From Chrysomallon squamiferum (Eukaryota > Animalia > Mollusca), in NCBI GenBank assembly GCA_012295275.1, contig CM022672.1, positions 27,776,001 through 27,840,000 of the forward strand: a stretch of DNA of 64,000 nt, written 5' to 3'. The position numbers and the translations under genes are program-made. Positions 38,610 to 52,008 of this stretch are shown piece by piece. Under the pieces are notes generated by a model. It was given only the letters and a program-made list of their open reading frames with translations. It did no database searches and had not been told where the DNA came from. Positions within the stretch are counted from its first letter, which is position 1. Every line of letters starts with the position of its first letter.

Positions 38610-40015
38610 GTCTATATTTTGTTTCTGCTGGTGTGTATGTCTTTGTTTTGAGACCTGTATTGTGTGTTTGTCAGTGTTCTCTGTCCAGTGTTGTGTGTAT
38701 GTGTTTTGTGTTATTTATTTCCTGTTGTATGTTTTGTATGATGTGTTATTTGTGTTCTGGTGTGTGTTGTATAATCATGTGTCTAGTCCTGTATGGTGTA
38801 TGTAGTTTTGTCTCATATACACGTGCTGTTGAATGTATCTATTTTGTATGTTGTCTTGTGCATGTTGTGTATTGTACTTAATGTTATATGTGCTCTGTTG
38901 TGTATGTGTCTGTTTTGTGTTATGTTGTGCCTGTGTGAGTTTTCTTTGATGTCGTATCTTCCATATGTTGTATTTTATTTGATGTGGTTTTTTTCCATGC
39001 TTTGTGTTTTATTTGATGTGCTCCAGTTTGTTGTGTTGCATGTTTGTTTGGTGCCCTCTTTGTGGTTTTATGGGTGTGTATAGTTTGGTGCATGTTATGG
39101 TGTGTCTAACGTGAGTGTTTACTTTGATGTCTACTGTGTGTGACTAAGTGTGGATGTCACTTCTGTTTGCTGTGTGGTGTTCATAGGTAGTGTGTTCTGT
39201 ATGATGTAGTAGTCTGTGTACTGTACATGTGTTTTGTTTAAGGTGGTAAGAGTTCTGTGCTGTGATTTTTTATGTGCCTTCAACTGTATGAAGAATGTAA
39301 TGTATATATTGTATATGTTTCTTGCTGCACATTTCTGTTTTTGTGTCCATTGATATGTGTAATGTATTGAATATATAGAGTGTTGCATCATATCCATTTT
39401 GTGTGTGCTGTTGTCTGAGTCTCCCTTTTGTGTCCCTATACTGTCTCTGTGTTTTCTTTTTGGTCTGGTTTTTAGTGTGTGATTTTGTGCATTTTTTGTA
39501 TGACATCTGTTTTTTGTGTTATGCGGTATCTTTCCTGTGTTGTGTTGCCATGTTGTGATGTTCCATGTGCCTTGTCCTGTATGGTGTGTGTGGTGTATGT
39601 GTTATGTATGTTTCTTGTCCTTGCATGTTTGTTTCATGTCTGGTGTGATATGCATGTCTGTGTTTCATGGCCTATGTTGACTGTGTGTATGAGTAGTGTG
39701 CCCTGTGCTGTTGTTGTCTCTGTTTCAGGTCCAGTCTAGTGTGCAGTTTCTGTACCTTATGTATTTATGTGTGTGTGTGTGTTTGTGTGTGTGTGAGTAG
39801 AGTTTTGTGTTTTCTACAGTGTGGTATATGTCCTATTTTGTGTTGTTTTGAATGCTTTGGTCTGATATTTTGTGTGCCCTGTGCTGTTGCTGTCTGTTTT
39901 TTATGTCTGGTATGGTGTGTAGTGTGTGCTCCATATGTGTGTTTATGTGTCTCTGCTTTAGAGGAGACTTTTGTGTTTTGTCTGATGTGTTATCTGTCCT
40001 TTGGTGTTTTGGTTT
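38610..40015. repeat. GT-rich cryptic low-complexity tract
   Basis: Degenerate tgtgt/tgttgt sequence producing spurious C/V-rich ORFs. Similar tracts lie at 29430-29890, 50720-51870 and 58415-59560. Confidence 0.85.
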
Positions 40016-40379
40016 GAATGTTAATGATAATTTAAGCCATTCCTATAGACTTAAAGATACTTTATTTTAAATGTATTCCAGAAACATGAATTCGTATTAT
40101 TTATCTGAATTTGTTTTTTAGTTTAAAAAAAAAGAGGAAAATTCTATTTTAATTGTAACCTTATATCACCTGTCAGTTCTTTGTGTATGCTGACACTGTT
40201 TTTTCATCTGGACAAGTCATTTTGTCAGAATGCAAATTGATCTTAGGCTTCTTTGCCTTGGATGATAGCCAGTGGCTAGTCAGCCATTTGACATTTAACT
40301 TAGGAACCGCTATCACAAGTTTTAATATTTTTGAGGGGTCCTGCATAGGAATTTTTTTAATTTAATTCTCATATGTTTG

Positions 40380-42300
40380 TGCATGGTTACTAATGTGTGT
40401 CAGTGTGTGTATGTTTTAATATTTTCTGGGTGATGATGCTGCTGATGGGGCATCTGTCCACCTGGTGTGTCACTCCTGCCCAGTGTTCTTGGACTGGGAA
40501 TGTTACACATGGGGAATATCTCATCATGGATGGTCAACAGATGCTGGGAGTGTCATCAAGTTGCACTGTTGAATTTCAGTGATAAACACACACACAGAAA
40601 GATACAGACACACATGTATGCATGCACACACACAAAAACACACATGCATTTTGTTTTACATATATAAAACTGATATTACAGTGAAACTATAAGAATTTAA
40701 GATGGCTTATTTCATGTATATATATATATATTTTTAAAATATATATCAGTGATAATTACTATATCCATTGACAGCACATACCACACTGTAATATTATGTC
40801 ATCTGATTGTCAAAATTAATGTTTGGGAACTAGTTAAGTGATAAAGGACATGGATTAGTAACGAATGATTGTTTTAATGACTAATGTATAATGTATGAGA
40901 TTCAAATACTACTAATAATATATAAATTTAAATTTAAAAAAATAAAGTAGAGTGGAGAATCATATTTGTATTTGTTAGAATTTTATGTTGCAATTCTTTT
41001 TTCATATTTTTATTATTCTATTCTAAATACGTATTTTATTAACTGATTGTTCTTATTGAGAATTTAGTTTTGAAAATCATAATCATCAGATTTCTAGTCT
41101 TTTATTATTCACTTAGAAAAATTAATTAAAAAGCTTTAAAAGATTATATAAAAGGAATATGATATGTTGAATAATTATTGCTATAAACATTTTAGTTTTA
41201 TATATTTCATATTTAAATTTATGTTATATTTGTAAATATGAAAACACATTTTAATAAGAATATATATCATCTACAGGAATAAACACTTTGAGATACAACA
41301 GCACATGCCATGACCTTTGGCATTTTCTTTAAATATTCAGTATAATACATTCAAAGGATCTTTTATTTTATACATGCATATATGCAATGCAGTAGGATGT
41401 GTTATAGTCTGAAAAGCTTGTTATCATAATGAAATGGAAAAGAAAACACAGAGCTGTCAATCCATGAGCAACTCAAGACAGCAACACTTACAAGCAGATT
41501 TGTGGCCATCTTATTTCCTACTTTCTAATAACATCTTTATAAAGTATGTGGTTACGGCTTTCTGCTTGTTCTTTATTTAATATGTTTATTTTATCCTATT
41601 TTTATTTTTTTAAATTATTTTTTTTAAAACTCAGTGTCATAACATCCATGCTTTAATGAAATGTTAACTTCTCACTGTTATTTTCTTCTTGGACTGTTTT
41701 AATTCCTTATTGTGGGAATTCACTAATTGTGCCTTAGTTTTCCCATAATACAGATTAAAGTAGATTATTCAAGATATATATTTTAGAATTCAGTTTTATC
41801 TCTGGTGTAATTTTCTGTCCTTTCAAAATTAATAAATTGCAACATCAGTACTCCTCTTTGTACTGACTGTTTCTTACATCATTCATTAAAGACTGCCTTA
41901 ACTGATGTCTTATAAGTCTGTGGGAAGGCTGTAATGTTATGTTATGTTATGTCTTGTTTAGAGTAGCTTATGGAGCAACAGCTTTTTCTCTCCATTATCA
42001 TTACAGTGCAAAGAAAAATGAAGACTGAAATCAGTAAGAGTTTATTTTACAATCTGTATTTTTATGTTTTTTATTGTTAGCATTTAAAAAAAATAATAAT
42101 AAAAAAATAGTGGTATTGCCTTTGTTATTCATTGCTGTACACATAATGTCAATTTTATTATTTTAACTCCACATGTTTTTGTTTTCATCATTGTTGTTTT
42201 TATATTTTGTGCTAATACTTTTTATTGTTAGCATTTTGTTAGTGCTAAATTTGTTTTAATTCATTAATCAAAATTGTGGTTGTAAATGTACAAATTGAGT
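40380..42300 (+). repeat. Diverged, internally deleted paralog of ~29430-33760
   Basis: 40382 matches 29429 (catggttactaat..tgtcagtgtgtgtat); 40421-40590 matches 30827-30995; 41240-41350 matches 32060-32180; 41660-41860 matches 32615-32790; 42225-42280 matches 33685-33740. Confidence 0.75.
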
Positions 42301-42508
42301 GGATGTTTTAATGTATTATTTTTAAAATATGGCTATTACTAGTTATCCTGGTTTTAAAAAAAATTAATAATGTTGCACAGATCGATATTTGTAAGTACAT
42401 TCATCTCAACCAACTGATTTGTTTTTAAATAAAATATATATAAAATGTGCCTTTTTTAATTATTTAATTTATTATTATTATTATTAGTAGTAGTAGTAGT
42501 ATTAGTAT

Positions 42509-42546
<38 letters not shown>

Positions 42547-42807
42547 ATAGTAAATTAGTTTTTAATTCTAATTTCAATTTTACTGCTACTAATAATACAA
42601 CAACAACAACTACTACTACTATTATCATTATTATTGTTAATATCTTTTACTAAAAATTAAAATCACATAATTGCAATCGAATTAATAATGAAAATAAAGC
42701 ACAATCTCAGTTCAGGTTTGCAAAGATTGATTACTTCCCCTTTCTTTATATATAAATATATAATGAAATAACCAAAAAATAAAATAAAATCAATAAAATA
42801 GTAGTAG

Positions 42808-43660
42808 TAGTAGCTGAGAATGGCAAAAGATTGCCAGGAGAGAAAGAGGTAATGAACATGAAGACAGAAATGCACAGATGAAGCAGTTTTCAGGACGCTC
42901 GTTAATCTGGAATGAGTTTTCATTTTCTTTCTGGTTGGGAGTGTATTTTATGCATTATAATGTAGTCTTAAGAAAATAATGTTCTTTATAATCCGTAGCT
43001 GAGAATGGCAAAAGACTGCCAGGAGAGAAAAACGTCATGAAGATGAAGATAGAAATACAGAGATGAAGCAGCTTTCAGGGCGCTGGTTAATCACGAAAGG
43101 ATTTTCATCTTCTTTAGGGTTGTCGGCATATGGGTTGGGAGTGTATTATATGCATTATAATGTTGTCGTAAGACTATTAATAATGTTCTGCTTTATAATC
43201 CGTAGGTGAAAACGGAAAAGACTGGAAGTAGAGAAAGGCTTTAGAAAGATGAAGAGAGGAATTGCCAGATGAAGAAGAATTCAGGGCGCTCGCTAATCTG
43301 GAATGGGTTTTAATTTTCTTTAAGTTTGCCGGCACTTGGCTTGGGAGTGTATTATCTGCATTATAATGTTGTCGTAAGCCTCTTAATAATGTTCTGCTTT
43401 ATAATCAGTAGGTGAGGAAGACAAAACACTGCCATGAGACTAAGACATCAGGAAGATGAAGAGAAGAATTCACAGATGAAGCAGCTTTCAGGGCGCTCGT
43501 TAATCAGGATTGGGTTTTCATTTTCTTTAGGGTTGCCGGCATTTGGGTTAGGAGTGTATTATCTGCATTTTAATGTAGTCGTAAGACTCTCAGTAATGTT
43601 CTGCTTGATAATCAGTAGGTGAGGAAGACAAAAGACTACCATGAGAGGAAGATATCAGCT
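42808..43660 (+). repeat. ~200-bp tandem repeat, 4+ diverged copies
   Basis: The unit ...ataatc(c/a)gtag(c/g)tgag...gatgaagcagctttcagggcgctcgttaatc...ttgggagtgtattatctgcattataatgt... recurs at about 42810, 42995, 43202, 43408 and 43615. Confidence 0.85.
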
Positions 43661-43729
43661 AAATGGTTAGCAAAAATGCCTTTAGAATTTTTTTGAAGAA
43701 ATTAATAAAATGTAAATGTGAAAATAAAA

Positions 43730-44133
43730 TCTATATGGGCCAACAACAAAGACAGGAGAGTCGTATGAAACTATAACAGCTGAGGAAAGAAGAAAACATG
43801 AATCAAGTAGAGAAGCAACAGGCAAAGAAAATAACGTTGAGGAACAGATTGGAGGAAACATTTAAAAATTTAGACGTGGACAGCCTCTGTGGAATTTTCT
43901 GTTCTCTCTGATTACAAATGGGAAATTCAGGCGGTAGTATCATTTGCCATACAGGGATTGAGGATGGTGAAAGAAGAAGATATAATGGAAAGATAGAGAA
44001 GATTACATGCAAGGGGAAGAAATATGTTGCAGCCTACTGGGGTCCAAATGAATCTTACGCAGATGCATTAGACTACTGTATGAACATTCATGCTCTTTCT
44101 GGTGATCTTACTGATGTTGATCTGACGGTTTAA
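43730..44133 (+). pseudogene. Degenerate ORF end with Spin/Ssty (spindlin-type Tudor)-like C-terminus, probably TE-derived
   Basis: IICHTGIEDGERRRYNGKIEK...YVAAYW...DY...LSGDLTDVDLTV* resembles the IxH-x-W...Y/WxGxV...YxIxY...LxxDxxxGDL pattern; the upstream frame is broken. Confidence 0.35.
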
Positions 44134-44833
44134 TATTTTGTTTTATGAACTCTAGTAGTTTTGAATTTGTATCCCATTTGAAATTTCAAGTAGACACTTC
44201 ATTTTTATTTCATAACAATTTGCATAACGTTCACTATTGCTGGCTGGAAGTTTTGATGACTTCGGTTTTGGTTTTATTTAAATCTTTAAGAGATTTCCAT
44301 TCGGTGGAACATATAATATTGTTATCAACAGCGGCATGCACAGGTTTTGTGAATTCTGTTGGAAAAATAAGTTAGACTTTTTGGTTTATCTTTCCTTTTC
44401 TGCAAGTGTTCTCCTAAGATAAAATTGTACTTGACCAAAAGTCTGATTATTCTTCAAGTTTACTGTATTTCATTAATTGTTTCCTCAATGTTAGATAAAA
44501 AATACATATTCCTTTGTTTTGCACCTTGAGCTCCAAAACAAGGCGGGGTAGTTTCAAGAACACTTAATTTAGAATTTGACAATTATTTGTTGTTTATAGT
44601 TTAAAGAGAAGTAAATCTGCCACTGTTGCAATCTTTGAATGCATTTTATTTTGGTCACATTGCATTTGAAGGTAGATAAATGACATGGTTGGCCATTTAA
44701 CACACACACACCCTGAGGGGCGAAAAATCAATCTTTGAAGTAAAACTATGAGCCAGTGCAAAAACTCAACTAGTGTTGTGAACAATTTATCGACATCTTT
44801 CAAATAACATTTTTGATATAATATTGTGATGTG

Positions 44834-44873
<40 letters not shown>

Positions 44874-47800
44874 CATTTTGATATCGTTTTTATACATTTG
44901 TAATACATGAAAAAAAGTCATTGTCATTGTTATCTTCATGTATTATATATATTACATAAAAGGACTACAAGCATTTGATGTTTAACAATACATAAACTCA
45001 GATAATCCTTTGAGTCTACTCCAGAAAGGTGTTGCTGGTATTGATTAGGAGCAATACAATGTGTATGTAAATCATGAGACTAAAGACGGTTAAAGGCACA
45101 GCTGTGATAAGTGTCAATGGATAAACAAAAGAATTTTCTTGGCTTTGGGTTTGTACTAGTTGTGATTTGACAGCAAACAAAAGTTACCTATCATACCACC
45201 ATTGTTAATGTTTTCTCTGATGGAGCAAATCAACACTTGAAACAAAAATAGCCTAAGTTTTAAAACTGAACACTTGATGATTTTACGATAAAAAAGTGTT
45301 ACTGGTACTTAGATTCACAGAATACACTGCACTGTTTTGTAGCAAAGTTTGATTACGATTTTTAATTCGCCATTTACCGCAATGTTTTTAAAATCAAAAC
45401 ACGAAGTTAATTTGTTTATTTCTGAACGTATTCATATTATAATTTACATACAGTAGAAATCAGAACACAGGAGAAAAAAATGTAAACATTTTAAATAGCG
45501 GCAGTTTTTTTTTTAGTTGAACATAAAAAATACGGCGATTTGGCCCGGATAGAGGGATAGGAAACAATTCACAGCGATTTCGCTGCGCACGTGCTATTTA
45601 CATTATGTATACCGTACTATACGCTAAAAGTAGGAACACTGAAACCAAAGAATTTAAAATATAAACAACATATAAATATAAACATAGCTAGACCTTTCTA
45701 CAATTTATGGCGATTTCGCTAACACGTGCTTTCAACTGCGGAGCTGTTCCACGGCACACTATAGTGTCGCACATTGTTTGAAAGGTAATTGAATAACTTC
45801 AAAAACATGCTTCCTACATGTCATTAACAACATAAACAACATAGAAATATAATCATTTTAAATAGCAGCAGTTCTTTAGCGATATCGTTACACACGTGGT
45901 ATTCATACTTTATTTCTACCGTTCTACAGGCTAAAAGTAGGAATACTGAAGAAAAACATACAAGTTTTTAAAAATATAAACATCAAAACAACATATAAAT
46001 ATAATCATTTTAAACAGCGCCAATGCTTACTAGTTCTAATAAAATGTACGGCGATTTGGCCCAGTGTAAATCGTAATTTATGACGCTTTCGCTACGCACG
46101 TGCGACTTTCAAATGCTGAACTGTTCAACGACGAAGATGACACACCGAGATGTCGCACACTGTATGAAACTATGAAACTGAAAGGTAACTGAATGAGCTT
46201 TAATTTGACTTTGAGTTTCTTGCTTCGTAGGCGTTATTCTAAAAATAAGCCAGTTCGAAGGCAAGGAATATACATTTGTGGATTATATGACATGCACGTT
46301 GTTAGAAATATCGAACTCTGACCTTCCATGGAGCGACTTTCGCGTGGTTAAGCCAGGCGTATGTAGAGCGGTGCCGCTTTAGGGCTGTTTACAACGGGCG
46401 GGGCAGTTTTGTTTAGCCCCAGCACGTTTAACACTCTCGTACAAACTACTGATTTAACACACAACAGCATAATAATATGTATTTCCGTATATTTGTTTTT
46501 AATGGTATGTTTTAAAGAAGGAATATGGGAGAGGAGGAAAATGGACAAAATCTGCACTTTTAATAGCTGTCCAGTTATGTTTGTTAGGTTACTGGTACCT
46601 TAATAACTTCATTTTAATTTTTACAAATATAATCGATAACAGAGACTGGCATCTGACTTCACTGAATATTTCATCATGAAAGCTTGATTATTAACAAAGA
46701 TAGAGAGGAAAGTGTTAAAATATAGCAAACCTCTATTGACTTAGTGTTTAACTGGACGAAAATAAGTGCTTATTAGGGGGTTTGAAATTGCTGATACTTC
46801 CTTAATTTTCAACATATTCACTTGATTTTGGTGTCATTTTAAAGGGTTTACAAGCTCTACCCAACTGTGTTATTTGTTTTCAGATTGGAAAAGACTTATT
46901 AACAGTGCAATGTATTGTTTTTCATGCTGTGGTTATATGGGATGAAAAAAAAAAAGCCACTTTCATACAGCATTCGTGTTATTGCTTTAGACAATACATA
47001 GAAAATTTCAAAATTTGTAACAGTCAGGGAACAACCACAGTGATATCGTCAGACACAAAAAGCATGGACCAACAGGAACAATAACTCGTAACGGCACAAA
47101 CTGCGTCTGCTCAAAAATGGCTCCAGATTTCTCCAATTTAATGGTTCCTTTCTCACTGGTTCTGACACGAGAAACACTGCCAATTAGAAAAATTAATACA
47201 TTAATCTTATAAAAAAATGTAGAATTTCAGTTTATTATGCAAACATTTGCACAATAATAATCCAGTTTGAAAAGTTTGATTAAGTTGAAAACGTAGTTAG
47301 GAAAGGTGTTGTACATCTTGGTTTAGTAACAACCATCCTTACCTTTATTAGTGTAAATCACAAAACAAAAAAGAAAATGGACGTAAAAAGTTTGAATTTG
47401 ATAGTTTTAAAACCCTATGTGACGATTTCCGTGCGTACACGGAAATTTCCGATCGAAATTCAAGACGCCGGTCAGTTTTTTAACATTTTGATTTTCAGAA
47501 AACCTCTGTTGGCAAAACAGGGAAATAAACTCCTTAATTATAACTTAGAGAAACTGAAACTTACTTACTAAATATATAAATAAATAGCATTTCTTAAGTT
47601 CGAAAATTCCTTTTACCTTTTCTGTTTTTCTTCTTAATTAGATAAAAGATAACTGAAAAGTAAAGTGTAAGGGATAGTTTAAACAGAAGACTGGCAAAGT
47701 TGCTGATGTCAGTTTGCACGTGGGGATTGTTATACAACTCACAGCATTTTTCTTCTTCTTTAATTTCTCCTGTTTTTTTCTATCTTGACTTTGGACTTTT

Positions 47801-48482
47801 AAACATTCACGCCTTCTCCTGAAGTAGTTTCAAATATGTCCTAGAAAAACAAACCTGCTAAATTATATAAATGTTTGCACACGAGGGGGGAAAAATCAGC
47901 TCCATCCCAGACGGATTGTAGAGGTTTTGTGGTTTCTTTCTAATTTGATTTTTTATTATTTTCTTTTCTTTTTTCGTATTAATGTGATCTTCTGCAATCA
48001 ACTTGACAAAAAGACACAAAAAATCATATTTTGTTCTATATCATATCACTTTCAGTAAATGTTTGATATTTGTGGGATTTTTATTTCTTTCCTTAATTTA
48101 TTAATTTGTTGGGGTTTTTTATGTTTGTTTTTATATATTTTTTTAAATATTATTATTTTCAAGCATGGGACAACTTACCCCAAAATTCGCCTGTATTGAC
48201 AACAACAACAAGAACAATAACAAGAACAATAACAATAAGAAGAAGAAGTAGAAGAAGAAGCTATTTAGCTTATTCCCTGATTTCATTTAGCATATTTTTC
48301 ATGTTTTGTTACATATTTATGAGTAGAATATTTTCTCTGTGATGGTGTCTGCCTGAAACCCACTGATTTTCTCTTGTCAAAATTTCCATTCGATGTGCGA
48401 GAGCCTTTGTCAGAATAACTTGCATTCATTTACAAATTTATGTTTTTAACATATACACACAACACAAATTTATATATGTATA

Positions 48483-49640
48483 TGGTGATTTCCCTCTAGG
48501 TCACTTTCCCCCGTGACAATTCTTCTCCTGCTGCACAAATAACAACATCGAGGGCTGGCATGGCTGCAAGTATAAGGTGTCATCATCCAAATATCTGGCA
48601 GTTTCTGGATGTTCTGAAAAAAGAACAATCCCTCAGTGCTGTAACCTGCACCAGACACTGGTGAGAAGCCCCACCACCAGGGCCGGGTTGAGACCCTTAG
48701 AGGCCCTAAGCACTAAAAAATGTTGGTGCTCCCATACATTTGTAAATCAAAATATAAGCAATGTTTAACAATAAACTGAAATAATTTTACAATGTTCTAT
48801 CAAAAAAGGCTGGAATAAACAAAACTAAATAGTACTGAAAAAGAATTGTTCGTAAACTGAATGAATTAAAAAGATATCCAAGAAGAGAATTAAACGCATT
48901 CAAAACATATAAAACATACTTACATTTTAATAGATTAAACAGCCAGGGCTGAGTGTCCTGTTGTAATAGTCATTAAACAATTTAAGGCAAGAATGAGGTA
49001 ATGAATTCACATGCGACTAACACCAGTGACAGTTGGCAACTGAACTAGGAACTTGCGCTGTTTCAAATGCGTACTAGACTTGTGTTAAAACTTGTATAAC
49101 TTCCAATCTGCCAGCTCAGAGTACTTTATTTTGCACGATAAACATGACAACACAGGAGAGAACGCTTTATAAACAGAACCTACTCATTTTTCATTAAATT
49201 TTGAAAATGTCTATACATTTAATTAATTTAATAATTTAAATGCTTCCCTTGATGCCCTAAGCACGTGCTTATTTTGCTTATAGGGTTAATCCACCACTGC
49301 CCACTACCACAACGTCGCGTCTACAGGGACATCACCCAGCAGCTTCAGACTCTGGTCACAGACTACGGCAACCGAGATCGCTTGGACCTTCTCCGTGTTG
49401 TTGCTCACTGTCCAAACAGTTATGTAACTACGTGTAATATGAAATGTTTAAAATAAACAGTTTATATTATATACAACATTCTTTTTATATCCTATGAAGC
49501 CGTACAAGAGATCAATTATCCTTGGCATTGTAGGCAGAGCGAATTGTCACGGGGGAAATGACCATGTGGGGAAATCACCAGGGGGGGGGAAATGATCGGG
49601 GAAAATTACCGGGGAATTAACTGGGGGAATATCCATGGGG
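48483..49640 (+). mobile_element. MULE (Mutator-like) DNA transposon relic
   Basis: Inverted repeats tggtgatttccc..gtcactttcccccgtgacaattc / gaattgtcacgggggaaatgacc..ggggaaatcacca; internal translation TNNNIEGWH...HHPNIWQFLDVLKKEQ...PLPQRRVYRDITQQLQTLVTDYGNRDRLDLLRVVAH matches the C-terminal motif of animal MULE transposases. Confidence 0.8.
48678..49299. mobile_element. hAT-type MITE nested in the MULE relic
   Basis: Termini cagggccgg...ccaccactg, 8-bp TSD cccaccac/cccactac (1 mismatch), subterminal gccctaagcac repeats; it splits the MULE coding remnant. Confidence 0.8.
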
Positions 49641-50575
49641 TAAATGCCCTATAAATTTCACCTTCCACTCTGAAGTGTTTGCTCGCATTTCAAAACACAC
49701 GAATAACCATTGGTATGCTCTTGTATTCTTCAATTTTGTCGAAGATTTTTTTATTCATAAAAATTAATCATAATCTAGTGTGAATTATTATTTTACATTT
49801 TCATCCCTTCACAAACAAACACACACATATTATTTGAAAAACATATTCATAAGGAAGCACCCATTTCACATTTGTGCACCTGATGTTCTAATATCTGTAA
49901 ATAAATAATAGAAGATTCATCTTCGATATACCGAAATAACAATATTATTTACTCAATATTTAGAGAATAAGATATTTTTAGTTTCCTTTTTGTCATCCTT
50001 TTTCTCCAGTTCATATCTGAAGTTAAAAACCTTTTACTAATATTTTATTATCTTGTTAAACAGCTCTTCAGTAATTACTTTTTGTAATTTTTATGGCTAT
50101 TTACATATTCCTGCTTATGAGGTTTCGTCTCTGGCGAAAAAAAGAGGAAATTTTGTTGAAAAGTGTAAAAAAAATCCCATTAACACAATGTTATTAATGT
50201 TATTAACGTACAAGTCTAAATTTAACTTCACTTTTTATGATTTATTTATTTTTATTTCTTCTTCTTATTTTTTAAATTAACGATATTAATTTACAACTGT
50301 TGTAAAAGCACAAAAAATACATTTGCATCCACTGATACAGAGAATGACCCTTTACCCAGATTGAACTAGTAATAAGTTATTCAGTTTCCCTAAATTATCT
50401 AACGCATTTGGGTAATTTCTGTTAAGTATTTGAACTGCCACTTTTCAGTGCACCTATCTACGTTTTCTACTTGTCTGAAACACTTGTCGTTTTAGTTTCT
50501 TCTCTATTGAAGCAAACTTCAGGGGACAAACACATCTGCCGATAAAATTTGATAATAATAATAATAATAATAATA

Positions 50576-50616
<41 letters not shown>

Positions 50617-51926
50617 TAAATAAATAATAAAAAATAAAATAAAATAAAATAAAATAAAATAAAATAAAAAAAATAAAAATTATATAAAATTTTATGATAA
50701 AAATGTATTATTTATTATGTAGTGTGTGTACTTTATATGAGAATTTTGTCCTTTGTGTGTTGTTTTGAATGTTGTGCTGTAATGATTTTTGTTCATTGTC
50801 CTGTCTGATATGTGTAATGTATGCATTTTGGTATGTGTCTTCTGATCTTGTATGTGTTTCAGTTTTGTGTTCCCTGTGCTGTTGCTGTCTATGTTTTATG
50901 TCCTGTGTGGTGTATAGTGTGTGTTGGTGTGTGTGTGCTATAAATGATACATTTGGGTTTTGTGTTATGCAGTATGTGTCCTGTGTGTGTTGTTTTGATT
51001 GTTGTGCTGAAATGTGTCTAGTCTGTGTATTGTGTATTTGTGTTGTTCTTGCATGAGTGTTTTTTCTTTGGTGTTGTCTGTGTGTCTGTTTTGTATCCCC
51101 CTGTGCTGTTGCTGTCTGAGTCTTTTCCTTGGAGATATTTGTATCTGTGTTTTATCCCCTTCGCTGCTGTTGTTTGTGTTTTATGTCCGGTATTGTGTGT
51201 AATTTGTGTGCTGTCTGTGAGTGTATATTGTGTGATGTGGTATGTTTTGTGGTGTCGTGTTTTGAATGCTATGGTGTGAACATTTGCGTTCCTTTTCCTG
51301 TATGGTGTGTGCTATGTGTGCATTTCGATATGTTTGTTGTTCTCGCATGTTTGTGTTTTTGTTCGCAATTTGATATGTTTGTCTGTATTTTGTGTCTGAT
51401 GTTGTATATGTGTTTGATTTTTGTATTCTGTGATGTTACTGTCTGAGTTTTTTATCCAATAATAGTTTTATCTCTAATTTGTCCTCTCTGCTGAAGGTTT
51501 GTATATTTTGTCCCATATGGTGTGTGTACAGTGCCTATTGTATATGTTTGTTTTTGTCAAATGTTTTGAGTTTTGTGTTTGGTATGATCTGTATGTCTGT
51601 ATATGTCTGTGTGATGTGTTCTGTTGTTTTTGGATTTGGTGTGTGATGTATGTTATGTTATGTATCATGGGCTGTCTGTTATGTAGGTATTGTGTTTTGT
51701 GTTGTTCTGTTTTGTGCACACCACACAGGCACCAAACACAACATGTACCACCTACACAATACAAAACAGAACACAGAAGACAACCACTGCACAGTGTGGT
51801 GCTAGTGTGCATGTTGTGTGTTGAGAATTTGGTACATGGTATGTTTGGTGCATGTTTTGGTCTGGTACAAAAGCAAGTTTATTTTACACACTTATTATCG
51901 GTGTTAGATTCCACTGTGAAATGAAG

Positions 51927-51928
<2 letters not shown>

Positions 51929-52005
<77 letters not shown>
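51929..52005. repeat. (TC)n microsatellite (longer copy at 59623-59705)
   Basis: Perfect tctctc run. Confidence 0.95.

Positions 52006-52008
<3 letters not shown>

Noticed and set aside
38608-40070. Cys-rich ORFs resembling metallothionein/keratin-associated proteins (also 50769-51924 and 58464-59618)
   Set aside because: They come from GT-rich low-complexity DNA open in several frames, with no splice or start context.
40169-40340. Minus-strand exon-like segment beginning DPSK.. considered as the missing VWD DPH exon
   Set aside because: It lacks the DPHxxTFDG motif and has a stop before the donor-like site.
47425-47446. Hairpin atttccgtg-cgta-cacggaaat as a terminator or Helitron end
   Set aside because: There is no following CTRR end or U-tract context, and no element boundaries could be defined.
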